A program made the position numbers and the translations under genes. Below, one piece after another: positions 37,397-53,042 of a stretch of 64,000 nucleotides of DNA. The stretch is from Octopus sinensis (Eukaryota), in the NCBI RefSeq assembly GCF_006345805.1, contig NC_043008.1, forward strand, positions 69,502,001 through 69,566,000. Reading direction: 5' to 3'. How positions within the stretch are numbered: the first letter of the stretch is position 1; every line of letters begins with the position of its first letter. The notes beneath the pieces were generated by a model. That model was not told where the DNA came from. It was given only the letters and a program-made list of their open reading frames with translations, and made no database searches.

Positions 37397-39371
37397 CTTG
37401 TGCCAGTGTCATGTTAAAAGCATCCACCACATACTATAAGGTGGTTGGCATTAGGGAGGGTATCCATACATAGAAATGAAGCCAAATCAGATTGGAATCT
37501 GGTGCGGCTCTCTGGCTGGCCAGCTCATCAAATTGTCCAAGCCATGCCAGCATAGAAAACAGATGTTCAAGGATGATGATGATGATGATGACGATGATGA
37601 GGATGATGATGATGATGACGATAATGTATGTAATGTGTGTCTTTATGTTTGTACCAGTTACCCCAACACTTGACAACTGGTTTGGTTTGTTTGTGTTTAA
37701 GTAACTTAGTAGTTCAGCAAATTAGACTGATGGAATGAGTACCAGACTTTGGGAAAAATTACTACTTTAATAAAACCTTTCAAAGCAAAGCTCCAGAATG
37801 GCCACAGTCCAATGATCAAAACAAGTAAAAGATAAAAGATATAAAATAACTGTAAATATTGTGAGTTGTGATAAGTTTTTATGTTGTTGGGGAAGAAACA
37901 TAATCCTCTGTCTTTTCAATGAAGGATAAATTATGAAATACTTGATTCCATTTCTTCACACATCATACTATAAGCATCAACATTCCTTCAGATTCAGTAT
38001 TTTTCCCATCTTTTAATTTCTATTTGTTTTGGTCATTCAATTGTGCTCATGTTGGGTAGCTCAACAAATAAAACCCAGTATTTATTTGTTAGTCTGGTAC
38101 TTATTCTGTTGGCCTCTTTTGCCAAACCACTAAGTTACAAGGATGTAAACAAACCAACATTGGTTGTCAAGTGGTGGTGGGAGACAAACATACTACAACT
38201 ACAAAGACACATGCACACATACATACATACATATGTGTGTGTGTGTGTGCGTGTGTGTGAGTATGTGTGTGTGTGTGCATATGTGAATATATGATGAGCT
38301 TCTTTTCAGTTTCTATCTACCAAATCCACTCACAAGGCTCTGGTCAGCCCAGGGCTATAGTAAAAGACATTTATCCAAGGTGATGCACAGTGGGACTGAT
38401 CTCATGACCTCATGGTTAGGAAGCAAGTTTCCGAACCACACAACCATGTGTTTCAAACAATCAAGATTTGACTATTTTAATGGCTAAATTTAATTTAATT
38501 TAATTTATTTCTTTGAAGAGGTGATTGGCTTTCATTTTAAGGGTTAAAGTTTGAATAATTAATTAATCTACAATTACTCACTTTTAAGTAGGAGTTGATT
38601 GTTTTCTTTAGGAGATGTGTTTTCTGTAGCAAGGCATGTGTGTGTGTATGTGTGTGTGCATCTATTATTTATTAAAGACCACACCACAGACCATTTAGTA
38701 AAGGAAGGGCACCGGGTTATAACAGCATATTTCCTAAATGATGTGCATGTTGGAATGATTTCCTTCTTGTTTTTTTGTGGCTGTTTTTTGCTAACATTTC
38801 GTCAAATTATAAAAAGAATTAGGTGAATAATTATGGGAAATTAAGAGAAATTATGAGAAATTATGACAGTAATAGCAATACAAAATGTGTTTGTATATGA
38901 ACAAATATAATTTCTAAGTAAATTTTCCCATGTTAGACCAAGTGGGAGGTTTGGGACTGCAAAATACAGACATTCAGATTTTTGCTGGAGCAAATTATTA
39001 TTTTCTCTTTACGTATGATGGTCCTCCCTACTGGTAACTCCTGGAAAGAATGGGAGTGGTGCCTAGTTTGGTTTCATTATTAATGTTGATTGAGAGGTCT
39101 AGAGAGAAATATTATCCACATCACGTAATATGTATTCAGTAAAGAAGCTGCATTTATGCAGCCACATGCACCTACACACACACACATACACATACAGACA
39201 CCTACACACGCACACACACATACACACACACACATGCATGCACACACAAATGATCCATGCACCCTTTTTCCCCTTATGGCTCTTTCAGGGTTGGTTTTTC
39301 AATCTTTCTGTATTTTATTTTGTATACTCTCCTCCTTTTCCTACACGTAATTATTTTCTTTGTTGTCATCG

Positions 39372-39410
<39 letters not shown>

Positions 39411-39725
39411 ATATCGTCATCATTCTCATCATCATCATCATCATCATCTTTTAAAAGTCCATGTTCGATGCTGGGAATAGTTGGACAGTTTGTGGTGGAC
39501 AGTATGATTGTGAATAGATAAACATATTAATAAAATAAATTTCAACTCCGTCTGAATTTCACATTTTATTATTTGCAATTTGTACAATTTTACGATAATA
39601 GAATATTATATATCTGTTGTGTTAACGCTAGTACTTTCATACATTGTTCAATCATCAGGTTTATGTAGGAGTAACGACAGTCATGATCCACAACAGACAA
39701 CTGTATGCATACATACATACATGCA

Positions 39726-39759
<34 letters not shown>

Positions 39760-39760
39760 G

Positions 39761-39813
<53 letters not shown>

Positions 39814-40312
39814 AACACAATCACATATCTATATATATGTACAGATATACATGTTTTCCTTGCCACCAAACTTTCCCCTTATAAACTTCCTTTACAAGTA
39901 AGGAAGTTTGTATTCCAGTTGTTTGAAAGCGCAGTGCCAAGAGATATAATGTTCACTAGGGATGTAAGCATCAGCCCGATATACTTTGTCTTGTACTCTG
40001 ACAAATCTGCCGATCCACCATCCTTAATAATTTTTAATGTAGGTGCAACATGACTGTGTGGTAGGAAGCTTGCTTCTCAACCACATGGTTCCAGGTTCAG
40101 TCCCACTGCATGGCACATTCAGCAAGTGTCTTCTACTATAGCCTTAGGCCGACCAAAGCCTTGGGAGTGGATTTGATAAATGGAAACTGAAAAGAAGCCC
40201 GTCATATATATATGTATATGTTCGTGTCTGTGCTTGTTCACCCACCATCACTAGACAACTGATGTTGGTGTGCTTACGTCCCTGTAACTTATTGGTTTGT
40301 CAAAAGAGACCT

Positions 40313-40441
40313 ATACACTGAGTACCTTAAGAATGAGAACCCAGGTTTGAAATTTCCCCAAGATTATATCAGCCAAAACGTGTTAACAACAAACAAGATG
40401 AGGACAAATATCCGGCAAATGTAAATAATGTAAATAATGTA
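40313..40441 (+). mobile_element. Possible PLE terminal-repeat remnant replacing a SINE tail
   Basis: Abrupt switch from SINE A to unrelated sequence containing ATCAGCC-AAAA-CGTG-TTA (hammerhead 3' half-like) and ending (ATGTAAATA)2. Confidence 0.35.
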
Positions 40442-40835
40442 TGATATTTAATGTTGATACAATACCACAAATCGTGGAGAAAACATGTGGTCAATTTAAT
40501 CAACTCATAGTATATTACTGGTACTTATTTGGTCATTATTGGTTTCAGCTGAATTTGAAACCAGGATGGAAGCAACACAAATCCTCTCAGTTAAGTACAT
40601 TGCCCTCTCTATTACTCTACAGTTTTCTATATATTGTAATTCGATGCTTTATAAGACTTAAGCATCAGGTGTGTATGTGTACCTGTTTTAGTATGTTTGT
40701 GTGTGTGTATACAATGTAAGGTCATATATATATGCATATATATTCATGTATAGATATATATATGTATACATATATATATATGTATATGTATATATATGAA
40801 TATGTATATATATATGCATATGTATATGTATATGC

Positions 40836-40893
<58 letters not shown>

Positions 40894-41002
40894 GTATATA
40901 TATACATATACATATATACATTTAATGCATTATATATATACACATATATACACATACATATATACATAAAATGGACGTTAAACAATGATAAGGATGATGT
41001 TT

Positions 41003-41036
<34 letters not shown>

Positions 41037-41629
41037 TATATACATACACACACGTACATGCATATATATACATCACATTTATGGCAATATAAAGGTCTTA
41101 TAAATATGTTTACATATATGAATGCATTTGTGTGTCTTGCAAGAGAGAGAGAGGGGGGGGGAGAGAGAGAGAGAGAGAGGCAGAGAGTAAGTCATTATTG
41201 TTTGATTTGATATTTTTACTGCATTAATAAAGAATTTGATCTTATGAACGGAAGCCTAGTAAAAATGCAGAGCTGCATTAATATAAAGTAGTTAGGGGAC
41301 ACTTCTAAAGACATTGAAAGACAATATCAATAATGCTTGGAGCAGTGGAAGGGGCAGCAGGAGGGAAGTGGAAGTAAAAGTAAAGAAAAAAAAACAAAGA
41401 CTATTGTTATGTTTCCATATTCTTACCAAATCCTGAAAGCTTCTAATGATATGAAGAACTTACTAAAGTACTGATTCATTCTGTAGAATGGACAGAATCT
41501 TTAAAGCACCAGTGAAAATGCCTCTGGTGTATATTAAAAGACTCCTTTTGTTCTGATTTTAAAACTGGATGAGGTCAACTTTGTCTTTTAACCTTATGGA
41601 CTTAATGAAATACTGTACCAGTAAAATAC

Positions 41630-41666
41630 TGAGGCTGACCTAATATTCTGTATTAGGTCAGCCTCA
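41630..41666. repeat. Perfect 16-bp inverted repeat with a 5-nt loop
   Basis: TGAGGCTGACCTAATA-TTCTG-TATTAGGTCAGCCTCA at the end of a decayed family B SINE (41490-41645). Confidence 0.95.
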
Positions 41667-43903
41667 TTTGTGGCATCATTTTCTATGAAACACCAAGTGG
41701 CACTTTGGTGAGTGTCTTGCAGCATAGCCCTGGGTCAACATGTAATTTGGTTGATGGAAACTATGCAGAAGCCTTTTGTATATGTGTATGTGTGACTTTA
41801 AAAAGGTAACTTCACTCTTTTAAAGACTAGTGTTATGAGTTCAATTCACAGAGTAATCAACACTGCTCATAGTCATCCTTGCATACACGGCATGTTTCCT
41901 ACATCTGTCCTCAGCCGAGTGATCCTAATCTTGCAGGCTTCTGGCTTCTAGTGCCATGTAAAATGCAACTGTTCCAGTGCCATGTAAAAGCACCCAGTGG
42001 GTGCTGCTTTAAAATACCCAGTACACTCTGTAAAGTGGTTGGCATTAAGTAGGACATTCAGCCATAGAAACCATGCCAAAACAGATATGGAGCCTGTGTA
42101 GGTCTTCAGCTGGCCAGCTCTTGTCAAACCATCCATCCCATGCCAGAATGGAAAATGGACATTAAATGATGTTGATGATGATGCTGATACCATACTTTGT
42201 GGCATACAAGTAAAATATTTTAAGCAAAAATCTACAGCTCCAAAAGGTAAGACAACTTATATACCAATACCATTTTGTAGGACCAAAGGTTCCTTGTGGA
42301 ATACAGCTGGATCTGGTAACTAGTACTGATGTTTGAATGCCTACACTGCATGTTTACACTATATGCTACATCAACTTGTATGCTAGAAAATAAGTCAAAT
42401 ACTGTTTGAATATGGATAACAAAATAGACATCTGTGTATCATATTCAATGCTGATATACAAATCAACTGTGGTATTTGTCTGGAGATAATAGCATCCATG
42501 GACACACTGAATTTAGAAATCACAAAATACATCAGTAGCTGATGATCATAGTCCAAAGGTGGCAGTGAAAATACTAGACATATATTTCTACCTTGTGGGT
42601 TTTGTCAGTTGCAATTTATCCATTGCCAGTCACATGCTAATTCCAAATAGGAAAACAGTGACTGAAAAATCACTGATGTTGCAATTAGCTGCCCAGCTGA
42701 ATAAAAATTCGTTAAGTGCCCCAGAAGCAGTATTAGTTTAAAATAGTCATCTGTTTATCATACCTAATGCAGATTTAAATTCACTATGTCTCAGTCGTCA
42801 ATCTATCTTCACTGGAGAAAATGGAATCATGTTCCCCCATATTAAGGGTTTTATATTTTAATGGAAACACACTGAAAAGCCATTAAATCCTGAAAATTGT
42901 GCAATCACTGCTGAGATGTCAACACTTGATCAGACAAGCCATCATTTCTTAATTTCATTTCTTGTTACTCAAGATTTCTCTCCGTCTTTATGTCTCTTAC
43001 AGAAGTTATTTCGTGCAGATCTATTCCCCCGTCTAATGTATCTCGTTGTTGTTGCCATCACTGTTGTTGTTGTTGTTGTTGTTGTTACCTTGTTGTTGTT
43101 GGGATGTCATTGTTGATGTTGTTGCTGTTGTTGTTAATGTTGCTGTTTCTTCTTTGTCTTCTATTCCTACTTCTCCATCTTCTTTTCTACTTCTTTCCCC
43201 TCTTTCCATCCCTCTCTTCTTCCTCCTCCTGTTCTTCCTCTCCTACCTCTCCTCCTCCATTCCCCTTCCTCCTCCTCCTCCTTCTTCTTCTTCTACCTCT
43301 CTACAAAACCAATCTATTCCCCATCTACATCTCCACCATCTCCAACTCCAGCATATGTACCTTCTCACACCATAATCTGCCGAAATTTTAAGTCAGAGAG
43401 AAGAAAACCCAATCTATTTGATGATGTCAAGTAAAAACACCAGCAAAGATTCGTTTATCACAACGACCTCTCGTAAGTAAGTACTTCTATCTAACTGTCA
43501 TACATAAACACTACCAAAGATATAGATTGGCAAACTGGCACTACTTCCGACAGCCAGACCCATCATCATATGTACGCCGTGTCTTTCACAGTTATTCATT
43601 TACCATATTATTAGCTAGTACGCGAGCAACATACCGAGACAAAACCGGTCATTTAAATTATTGTTTCCAGACATCTTATACTTGCTGTATTTACTCTTTA
43701 CGTTATAAACTCACATTAAATATATTTATCGAAGAACAACTGGGGAAACTGAAAGAAGTAGGAAGAAGACCAAACAATGAGAAACCATTTCAGACTGTTT
43801 ACACATTTCTTGAGCAAAAAAAAAAGAAATACAAAAATAAGGCTACTACTACTACTACTGCTGCTACTGTTGTTGCTGCTACTATGACTACTGCTACCAT
43901 CCT

Positions 43904-43941
<38 letters not shown>

Positions 43942-44522
43942 ATTTTTTAGCTAATTTTTTAGGATCATTGCCCTGCTGATTAAGACTGTATTCTTACTAC
44001 CATTAGTAAAGAGATTATGTGCCTCCACCCAGCAGGTTTGGTAAGTCACCTATATTACTAAGAGCAATAATGATTCCGTATTTCAGCATAAGACTAGCAA
44101 TTTCAGGGAAGAGAGAACTTTAATTGCATATGACCCCAGTTATCAACCCTGAAAGGATACAAGGCAAATCTTGGCAGAGGAGTGGCTGTGTGGTAAGTAG
44201 CTTGCTTACCAACCACATGGTTCCGGGTTCAGTCCCACTGTGTGGCACCTTGGGCAAGTGTCTTCTATTATAGCCTTGTAAGTGGATTTGGTAGATGGAA
44301 ACTTAAAGAAGCCTGTCGTATATATGTATATGTATATATACTCAATACCACTATAAAATGGTCAAAACTTTTCACACAGGAACTTAGTTTGATTTGAAAA
44401 CCCCACTAGAAAGGGAGAAAGTGCTAATACATGATCTAAGTTATATGATGTATAAAAACATGTAATATACAAATAAATATCTGTAAATATAAAACCATCC
44501 GATTTTCTGAGTACCTCATTTC

Positions 44523-44578
<56 letters not shown>

Positions 44579-45180
44579 GGGTGTCCATAAATTATAGACA
44601 TCACTAAATATATCCCCCAATGGTTGTTATATTTTTTGATAATATAATAGGTTAGATAGAATGATGTCTATATTACAATAACTAATATGTTGTGCATGTA
44701 CAGTAATATTATGATCATGAAATTAGCATTAGCTTATATCACTCTCTCTCTCTCTTGTGGAACCCCTAGGAACCTTTTGCGCAATCCCAGTTGAGAAAAA
44801 TTGCTCTAAAGAATGAACAGTAAATTCTTCCTCTGAGAAATTCGAAATCAGGATGTGAAGCCAAAAGAAATACAGCTATCTATTTTTCCTGGTGTGGTCA
44901 CATTGCTGTCACCTTATTGGATATCTGAATGTTTCAATAATGGATTCTTAGAGAAAGTGGCAGACACACACACACACAAACATACACACACACACTGCAC
45001 ATGTAAATACATGCGTGTATGTGTGTGGGTGTGTGCGCACGTGTTTTGTAAAAACATCTGTCCCAATAAGCCAATAATGTACAGATGCCTCCTTACCTCA
45101 TCTTGCTCATTTTAATGTATCATGAGATGGCTATCATCTGACAAGATAAAACCATCCTCATCATATACATTTGTGTGCGT

Positions 45181-45213
<33 letters not shown>

Positions 45214-45725
45214 AGTATAAGAGACAGACAGAGAGGGCTCTTGTGTTTTGTATCCTGTGTAGTATGCATGCATTTGTGGCTTTGATTGCTGTTTTCTTTA
45301 CTTGAATTAATGCTTCTTTCTGTTCTGTCCCAGCTTTATCCTTTTCCGATACATTGTTGCGCACCTGAGCACTATATACAATAAGCTCATAATATGTAAC
45401 ATGCGTGTGTATGTGAGTGTACATTTGTATGTGTCTGCATGTATATAAATATATATATATATATATATCAGTAGAGACTATGTCAATTTGATGGATGGAA
45501 TGAACCAATGTGCATCACAAACATTTGATCACTGTGAAAAAATCATCTGTGAAGGTTGTTTGGTAAAAAATTACAGAACCCTCATATGTCTTTCTATGAC
45601 AGGAGAGTCCGTGGAATACATGCACACACATACACACACATTTAGACACACATACATATATAGATATATACACATATATACATGTGTATTGTATATATCT
45701 ATATATATATATATATACACACAGA

Positions 45726-45772
<47 letters not shown>

Positions 45773-46119
45773 GAAAATATATATGAGTATTATGTATATC
45801 TATATATAATATATATACATATATATATATAAATAAAAAGGGGATTGTATGATTGTGTATAGAGGGATATATATTATTCAAAGAATTCCAACTCTGCCTG
45901 TTTTTTATGTTTTATTTATATTCTTTATAATATTAATTAGAATATAGAATATATAGTATAAATAGTATATATAGTAAAATGAAATGAAGTATTGATTGTC
46001 TTATTGAATAGATGAAAATTGAACATCAAATATTAAGGACTAATATTATGATATATGAATATATATTTCTAAATATATGTATACACACATATATTTAGAA
46101 ATATATACATATATATATA

Positions 46120-46176
<57 letters not shown>

Positions 46177-46551
46177 TTATGTACGTATGTATACGCTCAC
46201 ACATACACACATATATATATATATGTATGAATACATGTATATCTATATATGTATATGTGTGTGTGTTTGTTATTTTTAATCGTATGTTTTACAAGATTCC
46301 AGATGTGAAATCATGTGCTGAAACAGATATTCTTATATATTAACGACATGCACTATTTACTTGTTTCCACTTATGCTTTACTATTGTTATCAAGAGACCT
46401 GGGAGGAAGAGTCACTGAAGAGGTCACTGGAGGTGTGATGAAAAGTTTCAGACAAAGCACTCTAAGATAGGAATAATAATACAGTCAAAGTGAAGAATAA
46501 GTCTATAGTGCATGTGTTTATATGGCAAAAAAAATATGGATAAACACAGAA

Positions 46552-46586
<35 letters not shown>

Positions 46587-47137
46587 CACACACACACACA
46601 CATACAAACACACATAAACACACACGTATATATATATATATATATAATGAAATTCTTTTAGTTTCTGTCAACCAAATCAACTCTCAAAGCTTTGGTCAGA
46701 CTGGAACATGAGCAGAGGACACTTGCTCAGGTGCCATAGAGCCAAACTGAACCTGGAATCATGTGGTTTGGAAGCAAGCTTCTTACCACACATTCAAGAT
46801 AATGATGGTGTTAGTGGTGATGTTGTTGATGATGAGGATGATGTCCATGGTGGTGGTGGTGGTGCCAGTTGTAGTGATAATGACGATGATGATGATGATG
46901 ATGAGAATGAGGTTGATGAGGATAAGGATAACAGGGATGATGATTCGGAATAGGAGGAGGAGGACAACGATGATGGGGGTTGGCAATGATGACAAAGACG
47001 TGGTAAAGATGATGTCAAAGCTGCAGCCAGCTATCATGAGAGAATCTGCAATGAAGATGACGATATGAATACTGTTGCTGATGGTGACGATGCTATATTG
47101 GAAGCCGACAAACTGAGTCTTGAACTACAATGATATT

Positions 47138-47331
47138 CCTTCCTACTTTAGGCACAAGGCCTGAAATTTTCGGGGAGGCAGGGCCAGTCATATTAGATCA
47201 ACCGCAGTATACAACTGGCACTTGATTTTTTGACCCCAAAAGGATGAAAGGCAAAGTCGACTTCAGCAGAATTTGAACTCAGAATGTAAAGACACACATG
47301 GCGTGCTAACATTTCTGCTAGCTTGTTGCCT
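47138..47331 (-). mobile_element. SINE family B with an 18-bp perfect TSD
   Basis: TTGAACTACAATGATATT at 47120-47137 and 47332-47349. Confidence 0.92.
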
Positions 47332-48865
47332 TTGAACTACAATGATATTGATGAGATTGAAAGCTATACCTGGCATAAACATATTACTGTTTATAAATGA
47401 TAAAACTGTAAAGTCCTTCCTCTCTATTAGTGAGTGGGGGGCATGTTTTTACTGCTCTGCTGAGGCAGTTATATGAATATGGACAGCATGTAGAATACAT
47501 ATGACCCAACAATATTGAATTAATGTAATACGAATGAGGTGATAAAATGAAAATTAATATTAAACAGGAAATATATTTAATTTACTATCCCAAACTCTAC
47601 ATCCTGTGTGAATATAGAGTACATATTTATACACATGTATGAATAAATATATGTTGAATGCTTTAGTTTTACATACATACATACATATATATATACATAT
47701 AATATATATTTTATACACACACACATATATGTGTATATATACATATATATGCATATATATATATATTATATATATATATGTATACATATAATATATATTT
47801 TATACACACACACATATATGTGTATATATACATATATATGCATATATATATATATATATAATATATATATATATATAATATATATTATATATATAAATAT
47901 ACAATATTTATATAAGTGCATGTATGTATGTATATAAATATCTGTTTATATCTGTCTGTCTCTATAGATATATATAGACACACACATGCATGCACACACA
48001 CACACACACACACATATACATATATATATGTACGTGTGTATATGCATATAATATATATATATATATATATACACACATATGTATATATATATATGTGTGT
48101 ATATACATATATATATACATATATAGCAAGAATGTAAACCAAAGTAAAAGAGTGGAATATAAGTACATTGGTTTTATTGACGGCCTGTCGAAACTAGCAT
48201 CTACGCCCCCCCACCTGCTCCTTCCACATATTGTTGTTATTGTTATTGTTGCTACCATTGTTGCTCTTGTTCCTCATGTTGTTGTTTTTGTTGTTGTTGT
48301 TGCGTGGTAAGGGAAATATGAACCCATGTTTGAAAGCAATTATTGCAAGCCTAAGAAGATAATCCCTTTTGCAAGACATGTCTATTTTAAATAATCTGCT
48401 AAACAGGATAAATAAAACAACAACAACAACAACAACTACAACGACGACCACATTAGTAAAAATGATGACGATGATGATGTTGAAGATGGTGTTGGTGATG
48501 ACGACGACGATGATGATGATGATGGGAGGAAAAAGAAATGGAGAAAATGTTTTTTTTGAAGCAAGCAAGTAAATCTTTGTACTTTAGTAAAGTGAAATAC
48601 AGAGATGTGTGTATATGTATATACATACTTTTCATATGTACATGCATATGTATATATGTATATATATACACATTTATATGTACATATATGCATATGCATA
48701 TACGTACATATAAATGTGTGTGTATATATATATATATATGTATATATAAATAGATAGATAGATATTCATATATATATATGTCTCTCTCTATATATATATG
48801 TATATATATATATGTATGTATGTATGTATGCTTCTATACTCATACACGTGTGTAAATTTATATAT

Positions 48866-48916
<51 letters not shown>

Positions 48917-50228
48917 TGTGCATACACACAGATATATATACATATATATTTGTGCTTCTTGGAGTGTTGTTCATGGAGTGTTGTAAAACTTGTCCAAGTT
49001 GCTTAAGTCTGGAAGTCAACATGAAGATACAGATGTGAATGTTGAAAGGGAGAACTAAGAATGGTAGTGGAGATGAGGTGGAAGATATTTTGGTAAAATG
49101 TCAGTGAAGAAAAAAGAAAAGAATAAGCTGTAGCATCGTCAGCATCATTGTCCTCATCACCATCATCATCATCATCATCATCGTCATCATTATTATTATC
49201 ATTGTCATCATCTTCATCATCACAACTATCATCATTTTCATCATCATCATCATTGTCATTACCAATACCATCGTCATCACAACCGCCTCAGCACCACCAC
49301 CACCATCATCATTGTCGTCATCATCATTATCATCATCATCATCATCACTACTCTTCGTTAAATGCCATGAAAGATCAGAGACTAGCAAAATTGTGGCGTC
49401 TCTATGGTCCCCTGATAAATACGTGTCTCTAAGTTGACAGTAAGAATGGCAAGAACATATCACTTTTGGGGTAACAGGGTATTCTGCGATTGTATAGGGG
49501 TCAATGTCTGCAAATCCCTATATACCAAGATACCTCTCTTTTCACTTTTTTATTGTTTTTGGTGTGGTTATTTTGTTGCATTTTATTGTTTTTGCTATAA
49601 AATAATTGTTGATTTCACCCTTTTACTCAACATAAATGTACAGACTTGTATTGTTCCCAATGTTTTTTGCCCTTGTGGCTAATAAAATAAATCTTTATTT
49701 TTCTTTATGTTGTTGCTTTGGTTGTTGTTATGAGCTGTCTTCTTCCTTGTTTTCAGTTTTCTATTGGCCAACTTAGTGTCATTTTTAATAACTATGTGTC
49801 AAATTGATGGGATTCATGTTTGCTATGACTTATATATTGCTGCTTCTGCTACTGCTGCTGCTGCTGCTGCTGTTGTTGTTGTTGTTGTTGATGTTGATGT
49901 TGTGCAGACTGAAATTGTGTTAGTATATGTGACTGGACTATAACTGCAATAAGTATGAATCTTTGCTGGACGGAATGCAAACATGTGTGTCTAACTCATA
50001 AATATTTGCATTAAGGTATGCGTGGGCTTGTGTTTATGTGTATATATATACTTGCATCTATGCATCTATTTATGCATGCAAATATGCACAACGCACCACC
50101 ACAGATGTCTAGTTGAGAGAGTGAAGAACAGACTCATCTGCAATTTGTCTTCGCAACAGAAATTATAGTCAAATAACTCACTCTTTTTAAACAACTCATA
50201 AAATGATTTAAATTTTGAATTATGCTCT

Positions 50229-50446
50229 AACCCTTTCACATTTAGATGATTCTGTCAAATATATTTCTTATTTATTCACATTTGGAATTAATCATGCATT
50301 AGCTTATAGCTTGCAGATTTCAAGGATGTGTTTGTATATTTTTAGAAAGACATTGTAGGGTAGGTGTAAGAGGTTGGATCTGGTCCGTTTTAACATAAAA
50401 CGGGTCAAATATTTTGGGCCGGGTATGGCTGGATTAAAATCGAAAG
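50229..50446. mobile_element. piggyBac-like MITE, decayed
   Basis: Begins TAA-CCCTTT.CATTTA; the right end TTAAAATCGAAAG is a degraded inverse; non-coding, about 220 bp. Confidence 0.4.
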
Positions 50447-50531
50447 ATCTGTAATGGTGGTCCTGCATTAAGTGAAATAAGTATATATGTTTTGATTAAA
50501 TTGCAGTGAATTCTGTTGCAAGAATATGTGT

Positions 50532-50562
<31 letters not shown>

Positions 50563-50986
50563 CATCTGTATATATGTATGTATATATATATATAATATAT
50601 ATAACAGAAGGCACTGCCCCAACATGGCCACAGTCTAATGACTGATACAAGTAAATGGAAAACATATATATATATGTGTGTGTGTATATGTATAAATATT
50701 ATACATATATAAATATCATCATCACTTATCATCCATTTTCCATGCTAGCATGAGCAAAATTGCAATCATGGCAGATACTGGTGTCATGCAAATGGTACCC
50801 TTGCCTGCGGCATGTAGATGCACGCATTACACTCTCAGAGTGGTTGGGGTTAGGAAGGGCAGCCAGCTTTAGAAAACCATGGCAAATCAGACTGGAGTCT
50901 GATGCAGCCTTCCAGCTTACCAGCCCTGGTCAAAATGTCTGACCCATGCCAGCAAGGGCAACAGACGTTAAATGATGATGATAATG

Positions 50987-51021
<35 letters not shown>

Positions 51022-51089
51022 ATATACATATATATGGATATATGTGTGTGTGTGTGTGTGTGTGTGTCTGTGTGTGTGTTGTGTGTGTG

Positions 51090-51129
<40 letters not shown>

Positions 51130-51146
51130 TCATATATATATATATA

Positions 51147-51359
51147 TTCTTTTATTCTTTTACTTGTTTGTCTCATTTGATTGTGGCCACACTGGCCTAA
51201 CATAAGGGTGTTAGTCAAAGAAAACAATCCCAAGACTTATTGTCTGCAAGCCTTAGTACTTATTCTATCAGTTACTTTTGCCAAACCACTAAGTTACAGG
51301 GACATAACCACACCAACATCAGTTGTCAAGTGATGGTTGTGGGACAAACACACACACAA

Positions 51360-51406
<47 letters not shown>

Positions 51407-51880
51407 CAGGCTTCTTTCAGTTTCTGTCTGACAAATCCACTCACAAACTTTGGTTGGCTCAAAGCTATAGCAGAAAACACTTGCCAAAGATGCCACGCAA
51501 TGGGACTGAACCCAGAACCACATGGTTGGGAAATAAGCTTCTTACCTCACAGCTATGCCTGCACCTATAGGCATGGATATGTGGTAAGAATCTTGCTTCC
51601 CAACCATGTGGTTCCAAGTTCCATTCCAGTGTTGCACCTTGTGAGTGGATATAGCAGAAAGAAACTGAAAGAAGCCCATTGTAGATATGTATGTATATAT
51701 ATATTTGTGTGCGTGTCTCCCACCCATAACCACTTGAGAACTGCTGTTGGTTTGTTTGTGTCCATGATAGTATAAGAACCAGGCTTAAACGTAAGTGCTG
51801 ACATCAATTCATTCAACTAAAAATTCAAGGTGCTGCCCCAACATGGCCACAGTCTAATGACTGATACAAGTAAATGGAAA
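51147..51880. mobile_element. Head-to-head pair of family A SINEs (51147-51563 minus, 51569-51880 plus)
   Basis: CACAGCTATGCCTGCACC-TAT-AGGCATGGATATGTGGTAAG junction. Confidence 0.8.
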
Positions 51881-51993
51881 AATAGATATATATATATGTG
51901 TGTGTGTATATGTATAAATATTATATGCATAACATATATAAATATCATCATCACTTATCGTCCATTTTCCATGCTAGCATGAGTTGTATAGCT

Positions 51994-52058
<65 letters not shown>

Positions 52059-52090
52059 ATATATGTATATATATATATCTAGATATATAT

Positions 52091-52150
<60 letters not shown>

Positions 52151-52243
52151 ACACATACACATATAAGTGTGTTATTTGTCTGTCTACTAATCCACGTATT
52201 TATATATCCAACCACCTCTCTCTCTCTCTCTTTCTGTTTTTTT

Positions 52244-52280
<37 letters not shown>

Positions 52281-53011
52281 CTATCCAATTATCTATATAT
52301 ATCTACCATTTAAAGTAGAGGCACAATTTCCTCAAAGCTTGGCAACTTGTACATTATTCTTAGAGAAGGTCTAAAGGTCTCTTACGACTTGGCGTTGTCG
52401 GAAGTAGCCATTACTTCAATCACTCTCTTATCCTAGCATTCAAATATCCATTTACCATTTCATCTGCTTTATTTTTCTCCGTTTCCCTCCTTTTTCCTTT
52501 GTCTACCACCTTCTACTTTCTCTATCATCTTCATCATCTCCGCCCTGTAAAATGGACTTTAAGCTGGTGGTCATTTAAAACTGCCATTCTAAAATGCCAT
52601 GAAGATTTAAATGACAGCATAATGCAGCTTTAAATTTGCATTCAATCACGTGATCACTTACATCACATGACCATTTATCTTTCAAAGTGGATTTGGTGTT
52701 ACATTTTACACTTAAACCTGAACTACTTCCTCAAGTCATTCCATCGTATCTTTTGATTCCAACAAGCATCTTCCCATCATTTCATTGTTTCTTATGACTG
52801 TTGTTTGTTGTTGTTGTTGTTGTTTTATATATGTCTCAGTCCCTTTAGACTTCTGTCTTCATCTGTCGCCCTGTCTGTCTGATTTTCTCTCTCTCTTGTA
52901 TTGTTCCTTGCTTTTCTTTTTTCTCATTCTTTCCTTCTGGTATTTCTTATGTCTCTGACTGTAACTCTTTCTACACTTCCTCCCTCTTTCTCTTCTATCT
53001 CACCACACATT

Positions 53012-53042
<31 letters not shown>

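Noticed and set aside
39840-40035. Minus-strand KYIGL...TALS, GIY-YIG-like
   Set aside because: The motif is too short and its spacing inconsistent; cannot be supported without a profile search.
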